From a virus: a stretch of 64,000 bases of DNA. The notes under the pieces are model-generated. The model ran no database searches and had not been told where the DNA came from. It worked only from the letters and a program-made list of their open reading frames with translations. Below are positions 55,735 to 64,000 of this stretch, piece by piece (within the stretch, counting starts at the first letter, position 1; each line of letters starts with the position of its first letter). Position numbers and translations under genes: made by a program. The stretch spans positions 32,001-96,000 of the IMG/VR virus record IMGVR_UViG_3300050821_006746, one strand, 5' to 3'.

Positions 55735-56430
55735 GTGGCTGGAACTGTACTCGGATCAGAGGGCTTTATCGTCCTAACACCGCCAAGTGTTGAGCCTATC
55801 ACACTAAGCGATGTGAAGGATTGGATCAACGTCGATTTTAGCGACAAAGACGCACTGATAAGCAAGCTTATCACACGTGCGAGGCGTCGTGCTGAGACGC
55901 TGACAGGTAGAGCACTCGCTTCTCAGCAGATCCAGTGTACTTTTCCGATCACTAGGTCGCAAGGTGGGGAGTTGAGCGGGCCAATTGACCACGGACCAGA
56001 CTGGTATCAATTTAACGAACAATTGGGCGCAAATCCGTTTGGAGCGGCAATGTTCTATTTTGACCTACCAATGGCACCAATAGATGTAAATCAGGCAGTA
56101 TTGATAGAAACAAAAGTAACGGCCTTTGAGAATTGGTCAACGTTTGCTTCTGGCCTACCTTCGGCGCTCACAGCGAACGTGTGGATTGACAACAATCAAG
56201 AACCGGCAAGGATGTATTTCTCTGATCCTGTTACAAGCAATTTCTGGCGATTTACGTACTATGCTGGCTATGGCTCTAATACCTTTCCATTGCCCGAAGA
56301 TCTGGCAGAAGCACTTTTTGAACTCGTAGCGGTGTGGTACGACTGGCGAGATGGTAGCGCTCCTGCTACACAGATTCAGCAAATCGAGAGCAAGTTTTTG
56401 TCTAGACGCATATCAACGGCATGGATATAG
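55735..56430 (+). CDS. Head-tail adaptor (gp6-like)
   Basis: EPITLSDVKDWINVD...LITRARRRAETLTGRAL, YYAGYG, LPEDL...WYDWR. Confidence 0.88.
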   Translation: MAGTVLGSEGFIVLTPPSVEPITLSDVKDWINVDFSDKDALISKLITRARRRAETLTGRALASQQIQCTFPITRSQGGELSGPIDHGPDWYQFNEQLGANPFGAAMFYFDLPMAPIDVNQAVLIETKVTAFENWSTFASGLPSALTANVWIDNNQEPARMYFSDPVTSNFWRFTYYAGYGSNTFPLPEDLAEALFELVAVWYDWRDGSAPATQIQQIESKFLSRRISTAWI

Positions 56431-58308
56431 GAGGATTATGGAAGAGAAAAACAAGCATGCAACTGAGAATGATGTGCTTGCATGGTGTCGTGAGCATGGG
56501 GTATCAATTCGGTTCCTGAAAGGCTCGGTACGGATTGAGGCAGATCCTAAAGGGCTTCTTTTGGGTAAAGGAGAAACGCTCTTACATGCGTTTCAGGATC
56601 TTCAGGAGAAACACAATCCTGAACGCCTGGCTCTGATTGATGTTGCGCATCAAGCGTACTATGGATTGCTTATGGCGAATCCGCAAGATGCTTCTGCATA
56701 TGATGAAGCATATGGTGACAATGAGCGATGGGCGTTAGTGGTCAAAGCTATTGTCCGTTATCTCAAGTCTCACGGAATTCCATCCTGCTTTATGGGTGAG
56801 GATTAAATGTTAGCAAAGAAGCCAAAACGACAACCGAAGAAGAAGCCTGAAAAGCCCGTTGAGCAGGCTGTAGTGAGCGTGCCTGAGAGCAAGGAAACGG
56901 TTGTTGAGTTTGATTTCTTTTTGCCATATTGCGGCATCAGGAGAGCGAAATGACCAAGCATGAGGAAAGTAACAAGGAAGAGGCGTCGAGTAGCATTCCA
57001 CCCACTGTAGAGCAAGCATTGGCGGGACAGGCCGATTGGGTACGGGCAATTGTGCGCGAGGAAATAGCCAAGTGGGAGAAGCGGCAACTTCACGAGCGCC
57101 GATTTGGTGTGCCGTATCCGCCAAAAGAAGTCAAATAGCAGAGGCGCAATCATGGATGATCGATACAAGACGTTTCAGATCGTGATGTGGGGCCAAATTG
57201 TGACGATAGAGACAGCCAAGATGATTGCGCTGGTTACGAGAATAGAACAATGGATATGGAGGCTTAGGAGAAGATATGGACGATAAGGAAGATGCAGTAT
57301 GCCCGCATCCACAAGAGTTTCAGGCGAAGATGCTGAGTCTTGGTTGGGACTCAAGGACATGGGTGCCAACGCCCGGTGTCACGGATGAGGCAACAGAGTT
57401 CTACGTCACGCTTGGTAATCGCCACATCCATATTATAAGCATTGCCGAAGCTATGGCGCTCTCAGATGATGAGTTGCGTACTCGCATAGAGCAAGCTGCT
57501 GGAATGAGTAAACATGACCTATGTGAGCAATACGGTGCTAATAGTGCCGAAGAGTGGCGAGAACGGTACGGCAATCTTGAGCAAGAGGTAATTCTATGAA
57601 TGATAAGGAAGAGCAGCAAACTACGCACATCTATCTTGATGGCATGGCTATTTCGAGGGAGTTGGGTGAAGAATTGGTATTTGTGCCTGCGGGATCAAAG
57701 CTCAAGGAAGCGTTAACTGAGGCTGATTTAATGTGGCTTACTGACGAGATTGGCAAGAGGCTAGCAAATCGTATGAGAAGCAGCATGATAAGCCATATGG
57801 GTATAAGGGCATGAGCGACGAAGCAGCAACACAACCGCTACAAGAGCCTGAGCAAGCACAGGACCAACAGATGGTGAGCAAAGACACGCAATTTGCAGGT
57901 TTTGCCGAATTGCTGCTCGAAGAGCTGTTGAACAAACGCGACGGTATGATAGACACATCGGATTGGTGGAAAGAGCAGGCAAAAGTTACTATTGCCCGGC
58001 GTGTCTATGATCTTGCTTGTCATGTTTCCACCCAAACACTGCTGATAGCACATGGCGATATGAGCAAGATACCGGATATGACTACGTGGACAGAGGAGAC
58101 GAGCAAGTGAGCGAACGGCGCAAGATCAAAATTGTCACTGATGCTGTGGGGATACCTCATGTGTATGTGATTGGGACAGACATAGAACTCGACGGCGTGC
58201 TCTCCTGCAATGTGGTTGTCAAGCCAACGGATGTCCCTGTTGTTCAGATAGAGATCATGGAGCCGGAAGTCGAAATAAAACCAGTGTCTAGAAAGTAGGG
58301 ACAACAGG

Positions 58309-58536
58309 ATGGATGACAGAAAACAGGGGCTAGTAGATCGGATCAACAACGACTTCGTGTATCATCAGCCGAAGCCAGGTCAAGCAGAGCGCTATGTCCA
58401 GTTACGAGATAAGGCAAAGGAACTAGCCTTGCTCATTGTTGATCTGACGCCAATCTCACGTGAGCAGTCGTTAGCATTGACTGAACTGGAGAAGTCAATC
58501 TTTTTCGCAAACGCATCTATTGCTCGCAACGAGTAG
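58309..58536 (+). CDS. Acb2/Tad1 hairpin-domain-like protein
   Basis: FVYHQP...RYVQLRDKAKELA...SREQSLALTELEKSIFFANASIAR. Confidence 0.7.
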   Translation: MDDRKQGLVDRINNDFVYHQPKPGQAERYVQLRDKAKELALLIVDLTPISREQSLALTELEKSIFFANASIARNE

Positions 58537-59399
58537 GAGTGTGATATGAAATATCGCTGGTCTCATCCACCGAAGATCAAGCCACTTGCAATATAGTGGC
58601 GATCGGAAAGGTGAGTATGCATGAGAAAGATGCTCAAGAGGAAAAGCAAATCATTATGTGTAATGTGCAAATACTACAAGACCAATGGCGGGTGTAGGTG
58701 GACAGACAAAGAGAGAGATGCAATTAAACGATTTGCGAGAGCAGTCAAAGAACAACGATGCGAAGATTTGTAAGGAAGGGCAATCATGTTCACGCCATAT
58801 AAGAACCACACCACGAGGCTAGCCGCTACCATGTACGCGCCATGTGCAAGCGTTGGCTGTATTGAGCACGCCAAGCCTGAGAACGCCATAGAGGCAAAAC
58901 TAGACATCTTTGGCTCTCCACTGGTGCATGTGTGCTTCTGTGATGGTCATTATGGTTTTCTGATGGGCGATACAGCGGAGCATGAGATTATACCGGATAT
59001 TGCGGTAGAGGAGAAACCACTACACACAGGCGGCATTGCCATTGTTGGCGAAGCTGGTAACGATGAAATCGTGTATCTGCCACAAGGCAGTAGCGTTTAT
59101 CCAGTGGCTAAGGAGTAGGTATGGGGCAAGGCATCATCTCAGTAAGCAGCGCAATGTTTGAGGAGCGAGAGCAACCGCGAACATTGGCAGAATGGCATGC
59201 ATTGCTGATGTTGCCAGTGGAGTACAGAGTGCTTGAGGCGAAGGCTGATGCTATGTATCCGCTCTGGCTTATCACTGTGGAGAATGATGCTATTCCAGTG
59301 GTCAAGGGTAAGAAGTTGTCGAAAGGGTATTATCTTGAGCGTATCGAGATCGACAAGCCAAAGAAACGTGTAATTTGGTCACGAGAGGAGCAAGCATAA

Positions 59400-59789
59400 A
59401 TGGCGCGAGATGTGCATATTGACGCTGGCTACTTTAACAAGCCAATCCAGTTCCAGTCCGAGCAAACTACTCCTGATGGATCAGGTGGTAGTACAGCAAC
59501 GGGATGGACAACTGCTTATAAGTGCATGGCTCATATCGATAATCTTACCGATTCGACAACAGCGATTAGACGCATAGCAACACGGCCATTTCAGTTCATG
59601 CAGCTCTATCCTCAGATGGACGCATTGATGTCTATACGCTATCAAGCAAGCACGGCGCTTACACCAGCAATGACCATACTTTATAGAAATCGACGATATC
59701 AAATTATTGATTTGATTACTCCACATGAGGAGTTAGTTGCGATTGTAATACCCGTAGTGCTCTATCAAGCGCCTGGTACACCGGGATAA
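59400..59789 (+). CDS. Head closure protein (SPP1 gp16-like)
   Basis: AGYFNKPIQFQ...PDGSGG...W, IRY...MTILYRNRRYQI. Confidence 0.85.
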   Translation: MARDVHIDAGYFNKPIQFQSEQTTPDGSGGSTATGWTTAYKCMAHIDNLTDSTTAIRRIATRPFQFMQLYPQMDALMSIRYQASTALTPAMTILYRNRRYQIIDLITPHEELVAIVIPVVLYQAPGTPG

Positions 59790-59798
59790 GGGGGTAGT

Positions 59799-60224
59799 AT
59801 GACGATTGTAGGCGGATCATCGCTGCTTCCAACACAGGAGGCGGTCTACACGGTACTCACTGGCAATGCAGGCTTTACTAGCATCTGCGCAGGTCCTTTC
59901 GATCCAGCCCCGATAAATCAGGCGTTTCCTTATAGTGCGTTTGGGGCACATACCGAGTCCGCTTGGTATCAATTCCAGAAAACCAGCAAGCAGATTGATT
60001 TCGTTATTCATGTTTATAGCAAGCAACCAACATTTGCAGAAGCGATGACCATCTTGAATGTGATTAATGGCTTGATCGAGGGACAAACGCTGAGTTTAAC
60101 AAGCGGGAATTACACCAACGCTGAGAATGGTGTGCTATTTGTTAGTGCTCGCAAGGTTGAGGAGCCTGATGGACTCACACGACATCTCGAATGTAGATGG
60201 CATATCTATAACAATGCCAACTAG
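59799..60224 (+). CDS. Tail terminator (DUF3168-like)
   Basis: QEAVYTVL, PFDPAP...FPY, IHVYSK, EPDGLTRH. Confidence 0.82.
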   Translation: MTIVGGSSLLPTQEAVYTVLTGNAGFTSICAGPFDPAPINQAFPYSAFGAHTESAWYQFQKTSKQIDFVIHVYSKQPTFAEAMTILNVINGLIEGQTLSLTSGNYTNAENGVLFVSARKVEEPDGLTRHLECRWHIYNNAN

Positions 60225-60763
60225 GAGGCGTGACGCAATGACACCAGAACAAGAACAGGCACTCACTGACAAGATGGCTGGTATCGGCTACCCAGATTTC
60301 GATGTGATGCCAGGCGAAGAGAGTGTGCTCATGCTCCATGTACAGAGTAAGCTGATTGGTGGCACGCTCTATGCATTGGGATTGCCAGATGAGCAGTTGA
60401 AGGCACTGATTGATGAGACGGTGGCAGGAGGACAAAGCTGATGGGCGCAATCCGATTGGAGCACGCAAAGGGTAGGAATTTCACTGCTGAGGAGTTGGTT
60501 GGGCGACAAATCAGGATTGAAGGGCCAGTTCCTAAGAGGGGAACGCAGCCTATTGGGTACAACATGCTGATCGTTGCCGATGATGAGAGTATCGATAATG
60601 CGTGCAAGCTTGAGTTGAGCATAGAGCCTGATGCTGTAATTGAAGCAAGGGTGACGCTCTATCGCTTTGACTTGGCAACCGCAGAAGAACGTGTGCCGAC
60701 TGAGGTGGTTACGCTGAGGGATAACATCGAAGTGTCGTTCTCTGCTATCGTATCGGAGGTGGA

Positions 60764-61171
60764 ATGATGGGCGCAAGAGTCATTATCGAATGGGATGGGT
60801 TGGAGCAGGTAATCTCCAATCTCGCGGATCTTGGGGAGAAAGCACCGCAGAACCTTGAGCATCAGATGGCAGAACTGGCAAGCGCAACGGAGGATGCATG
60901 GAAAGAGAGCACGCCGCGACGAACGGGCAGGCTGCAAGAAGCAGATATCGTGGAGACGGGTGGCATGTCATTTACGCTGAATAATGCTACCCGGTACTAC
61001 GATTGGGTAGATCGGGGGCACATGACTCCAGCAGGTTGGCGTACCAGACATGGCTATCGTCCCGCCAAACGCCGGTCTCATGTTGAGGGGCAAGAGATGA
61101 CTGATAAGGCTGTTCAGTTTATTGAGGAGAATATTGAGGATTATCTCTCGAAGTTCTTGGATAACATATAG
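60764..61171 (+). CDS. HK97 gp10-like tail-completion protein
   Basis: IEWDGLEQ, TPRRTGRLQ, YYDWVDRGH. Confidence 0.8.
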   Translation: MMGARVIIEWDGLEQVISNLADLGEKAPQNLEHQMAELASATEDAWKESTPRRTGRLQEADIVETGGMSFTLNNATRYYDWVDRGHMTPAGWRTRHGYRPAKRRSHVEGQEMTDKAVQFIEENIEDYLSKFLDNI

Positions 61172-61179
61172 GTGTTGCA

Positions 61180-61377
61180 ATGGAGAATTCAGTAAAAATA
61201 CATTGCGAAACAACAGGGAAGCTCCTTGCGCGCCGTGATGAGAATGGCGTTTATTTATGGTGCAAAGAATGTAAGGTTGAGCATTTTATTTCGTGGGTTC
61301 CCAAAGATAACAAGAGTGAGGAAAATGCCGATAAAGTAGTTTCTGGAGAGGTTTTATGCTATAATCTGAGTATATAA
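61180..61377 (+). CDS. Mu Com-like zinc-ribbon protein
   Basis: IHCETTGKLLAR...LWCKECKVEH. Confidence 0.6.
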   Translation: MENSVKIHCETTGKLLARRDENGVYLWCKECKVEHFISWVPKDNKSEENADKVVSGEVLCYNLSI

Positions 61378-61476
61378 ATTGTGTGCCTCTGCAAGTGCGC
61401 TAACACTCCAGAGGCCGACCCTGAGTGTAAGTTCAAGGCAAGGTTATTATACCTTGTTAGGAAAGGGGTTTCTACC

Positions 61477-62202
61477 ATGTCTGGGCCAAAAGGCAACAAG
61501 AATGCTTTGGGATATCGACACACTGAGGAGGCAAAGAAACATCTAGCGGATATCGCAAGAGGTAAGGAGGGATCAGAGAAACAGCGGCAAACTGTAATTG
61601 CTCTAAACAAATCAAGATCGGGCCAACCTGGACATCTCCACACAGAGGAGTCACGTCGAAAAATAGCAGAAGCCCATCGAGCACGCTGGAATGATCCCGA
61701 ATGGAGAGCTAAAAGAGCCAAACAACTAAGGGAGGCTTTTGAGCAACCTGAAGCGATAGAGAAGATGAGAGAAGGCGTCACTGCCCATTGGTCAACCATT
61801 AGTTACGAAGAGAGACTAGAGCGCAATGCTGCAGGGCGAAAGGCTTCTCTGGAAGCAAATCCAACGAGCATTGAAATAAAGGTAAGTCAATACTTAGAAA
61901 ATCTTGGCATTCAATTTATTGAGCAAAAGCAGGAAGGCCCATACTTTCTAGACTTTTATCTTCCTGTAAAGAGGGTCATTGTAGAGGCGATGGGATGCTA
62001 TTTTCATTCTTGTGCTGTTTGTGGGAAGCAAAATGCTTACAAGCCCGATGCTCCTGCTTATGACGCAAGGCGTAAGAATTATCTAGAAAAGAGGGGGTAT
62101 CACGTCATTTGGATATGGGAACATGATATTAACAGGGATGTTGAGTTTGTACTTCGCCCTCTCTTGGAAAAATGTGGGGCGATAGAATACCCTACGGGGT
62201 AA
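61477..62202 (+). CDS. NUMOD3 plus Vsr/DUF559-like endonuclease (homing-endonuclease-like)
   Basis: HTEEAK and HTEESRRKI repeats; PTSIE, YFLDFY, VEAMGCYFH, DARRKNYLEKRGYHVIWIWEHD. Confidence 0.85.
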   Translation: MSGPKGNKNALGYRHTEEAKKHLADIARGKEGSEKQRQTVIALNKSRSGQPGHLHTEESRRKIAEAHRARWNDPEWRAKRAKQLREAFEQPEAIEKMREGVTAHWSTISYEERLERNAAGRKASLEANPTSIEIKVSQYLENLGIQFIEQKQEGPYFLDFYLPVKRVIVEAMGCYFHSCAVCGKQNAYKPDAPAYDARRKNYLEKRGYHVIWIWEHDINRDVEFVLRPLLEKCGAIEYPTG

Positions 62203-62243
62203 CGCAAAATTAGAGTTTTGTCAGAACAATAGAAAACGCAAAA

Positions 62244-62316
62244 GAGCCTTGAGCCACGGAACTGAGCATATCAGTATCGTGGCTTTTTTGATAAGTAGCC
62301 TTGAGCCTTGAGCCTT
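62244..62316 (+). promoter_or_regulatory. GAGCC tandem repeats overlapping an intrinsic terminator
   Basis: GAGCCTTGAGCC (62244); AGCCTTGAGCCTTGAGCCTT (62297); stem AGCCACG/CGTGGCT plus TTTTT (62252-62289). Confidence 0.65.
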
Positions 62317-62357
62317 TTGACTACCAGTATCTTTTGGTAAGAAAGGCAGAAAAGGCA

Positions 62358-62741
62358 TTGACAGCTTTAGCAGGAATCGGCGCGTCGGTCCAAGAATCTA
62401 GCACGGCCTTTACTGATTCAAGTAAATGGACTCTATCCCTCAAAAACGCCACCAAAGATGTCACCCCATTCGGGGCATCTGGCAGTTGGGCTATAAACAT
62501 CCCCACGATCAACTCATGGACCGCAAAGGTATCTGTGTTCATTGATCCTAGCGACACAGCACAATCAAACCTCAACGCACTGCTTGGGACAGTCGTATCA
62601 CTCACGCTCAATGTGAGTGGTACGCCTCATGGCTGGACAGGTAGCGCAATCCTCGCAGGCATCGATCCTAGTGTGGACGCCCAGAGTGCGGAAACATGCG
62701 ATTACTCCTTTACTGGAAGCGGATCGATCGCTTATTCCTGA
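62358..62741 (+). CDS. Tail tube protein 1 (TTG start)
   Basis: WTLSL...KDVTPFG...W...IPTINSWT...YSFTGSG. Confidence 0.8.
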   Translation: MTALAGIGASVQESSTAFTDSSKWTLSLKNATKDVTPFGASGSWAINIPTINSWTAKVSVFIDPSDTAQSNLNALLGTVVSLTLNVSGTPHGWTGSAILAGIDPSVDAQSAETCDYSFTGSGSIAYS

Positions 62742-62773
62742 GCTTAAAAACAAACGGAGAGGAGGTAACCGCC

Positions 62774-63472
62774 ATTAGCGCATATGCAGGCATAAATGGG
62801 GATGTTTGGCTTTCCACGTCACCCCCAACGGCACTTGGCTCACCCGAATCAGTCGCTGACTCAGGTGATCATATTCATTACTTCACAGCAACACATCCGG
62901 CGTGGGATTGGACAAAGACGTTGACTGTCCAGTGCTCACCAAATGGCTCGTCAGGCTGGGCAACCGTGACTGACTACATCTTTTTCTGGCCAGCCGGTGA
63001 AGTTGTGTTTAACACGGCGCGCGTACCTGGCACGAATAACTTCGTGCGCCTATCTGCTGGCAGTTACTTCACACTCTCTGCTCTGGGGGGCGCGCACATG
63101 TGGAAAGCGACTGGAAAGGCTGCCACCAAAGATGTGACGCCGTTCCAGGCCAGCGGTCATTATCAGCAAAACATAGCGACCATCAAATCGTGGACGTTCT
63201 CTGTGGACTGCTTCTCTCAGGATGCCAGAATCATGAACGAAATGGTCACGGGAATGAGCGGCATCAACACCTCTGGGGGAGTGATCGTTTGCCAGTTGTG
63301 GTGGGACGAGACGAATGGCAGGCGCTATCAGTTTTTCGCGCTCCCAACACAACTGGACACAACTGTTGTGTCCAGCGACGTGGACAAGCAGACGGTGCAA
63401 ATGACAGTCACCGGGCCACTCTATCAGATCACATCGAACACATTCACGACAGCAACTGTCACACGGATGTAG
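62774..63472 (+). CDS. Tail tube paralogue 2 with inserted domain (probable ATT start)
   Basis: ATKDVTPFQASG...NIATIKSWT matches tube 1; GGAGGT 7 nt before ATT. Confidence 0.72.
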   Translation: MSAYAGINGDVWLSTSPPTALGSPESVADSGDHIHYFTATHPAWDWTKTLTVQCSPNGSSGWATVTDYIFFWPAGEVVFNTARVPGTNNFVRLSAGSYFTLSALGGAHMWKATGKAATKDVTPFQASGHYQQNIATIKSWTFSVDCFSQDARIMNEMVTGMSGINTSGGVIVCQLWWDETNGRRYQFFALPTQLDTTVVSSDVDKQTVQMTVTGPLYQITSNTFTTATVTRM

Positions 63473-63483
63473 AAAGCACATAC

Positions 63484-63960
63484 ATGGCAAAGATAGTAGA
63501 ACTGGACACAACACAGGAAAAAGCGTCGCCAAACGGCCATGACGATACATGGCAGAGTTTTGATAGCGACATTGCACTGCTGCAACACATTCTCTCGAAG
63601 AAGCCTGCTGAGAAGCTAGTAGACGTACCAGAGTGGAACGTGCGTGTGCTTTGTCGTGCGCTCACCGCTGAGCACCGCATTGATGTGGAGACAAGGGCAT
63701 ACAACGCGGAAACAAAGAGAACCAATTACAGCGTTGTCTCGCACCTGATCTTGATGTATGGCTGCTATAACCCAAGCACCGGCAATCCCGTTTTCTATGG
63801 TCTAGACGATAGCGAGGCTGCGCGAAAGCAAAAAGAAGCCACCATGAAGACGGTACTCATGCGAGAACAAGACGGCGGCGCTATTGAGCGCCTGTCGTTT
63901 GCCATCTTGCGTCTCTCTCGCATGCTGTTCAACGATGCTGAAAACGCGAAAAAAAACTAG
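63484..63960 (+). CDS. Tail assembly chaperone with -1 slippery site
   Basis: VDVPEWNVRVLCRALT...AKKN; A AAA AAC before the stop; -1 frame open to the window end. Confidence 0.85.
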   Translation: MAKIVELDTTQEKASPNGHDDTWQSFDSDIALLQHILSKKPAEKLVDVPEWNVRVLCRALTAEHRIDVETRAYNAETKRTNYSVVSHLILMYGCYNPSTGNPVFYGLDDSEAARKQKEATMKTVLMREQDGGAIERLSFAILRLSRMLFNDAENAKKN

Positions 63961-64000
63961 AAATTCGGTCTTTCTATGACGCTTATAGGCTCACTGAGCG

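Larger units (their letters stand above)
1..64000. mobile_element. Tailed dsDNA phage or prophage segment (siphovirus-like)
   Basis: Terminase, portal, prohead protease, HK97-fold capsid, neck and tail genes; Rep/DnaC; dense small coupled ORFs; no host core genes. Confidence 0.97.

Noticed and set aside
51289-59076. 36-bp repeat as a CRISPR repeat
   Set aside because: Only two copies 7.7 kb apart, both in coding frame, with no spacers or cas genes; no CRISPR array seen in the window
62696-62773. ORF-track ATG start for tail tube 2
   Set aside because: Overlaps the prior gene by 46 nt, has no SD, and the extension has no counterpart in the paralogue
1-64000. Retron, DGR or group II intron explanation for the ncRNAs
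   Set aside because: No reverse transcriptase-like ORF (YADD in RT context) and no TR/VR pair found

Overview
The whole window reads as part of a large tailed dsDNA phage (siphovirus-like, HK97-type head); no host housekeeping genes or att boundaries are visible. A Ktedonobacteria/Chloroflexota host is a tentative inference from the LaeA-like methyltransferase and the OmpR-type regulator. Layout: 1-30.4 kb holds mostly rightward early arrays of tiny, translationally coupled ORFs with many HTH regulators, an RNA ligase, N6-adenine and C5 methyltransferases, and a Rep/DnaC replication module with internal iterons. 30.4-41.5 kb holds alternating accessory blocks ending in an endonuclease VII plus tyrosine recombinase pair. 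41.9-43.6 kb holds two predicted structured ncRNAs (one tRNA-like) and a moron. 44.6-64 kb holds packaging, head and tail genes heavily interrupted by accessory ORFs. The most notable signals are: (1) single genes bracketed by junction-specific direct repeats made of SD/stop/start sequence, suggesting cassette-wise gene gain; (2) a recurring family of antisense sigma70 promoters firing across hairpin-rich leaders; (3) a Com-like zinc finger gene upstream of GAGCC repeats that overlap a terminator before two tail-tube paralogues with TTG and ATT starts; (4) a split C5 methyltransferase with motif IX in an overlapping frame; (5) an anticodon-truncated tRNA-like RNA; (6) an Acb2/Tad1-hairpin-like protein. 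All calls are by eye, without database searches.
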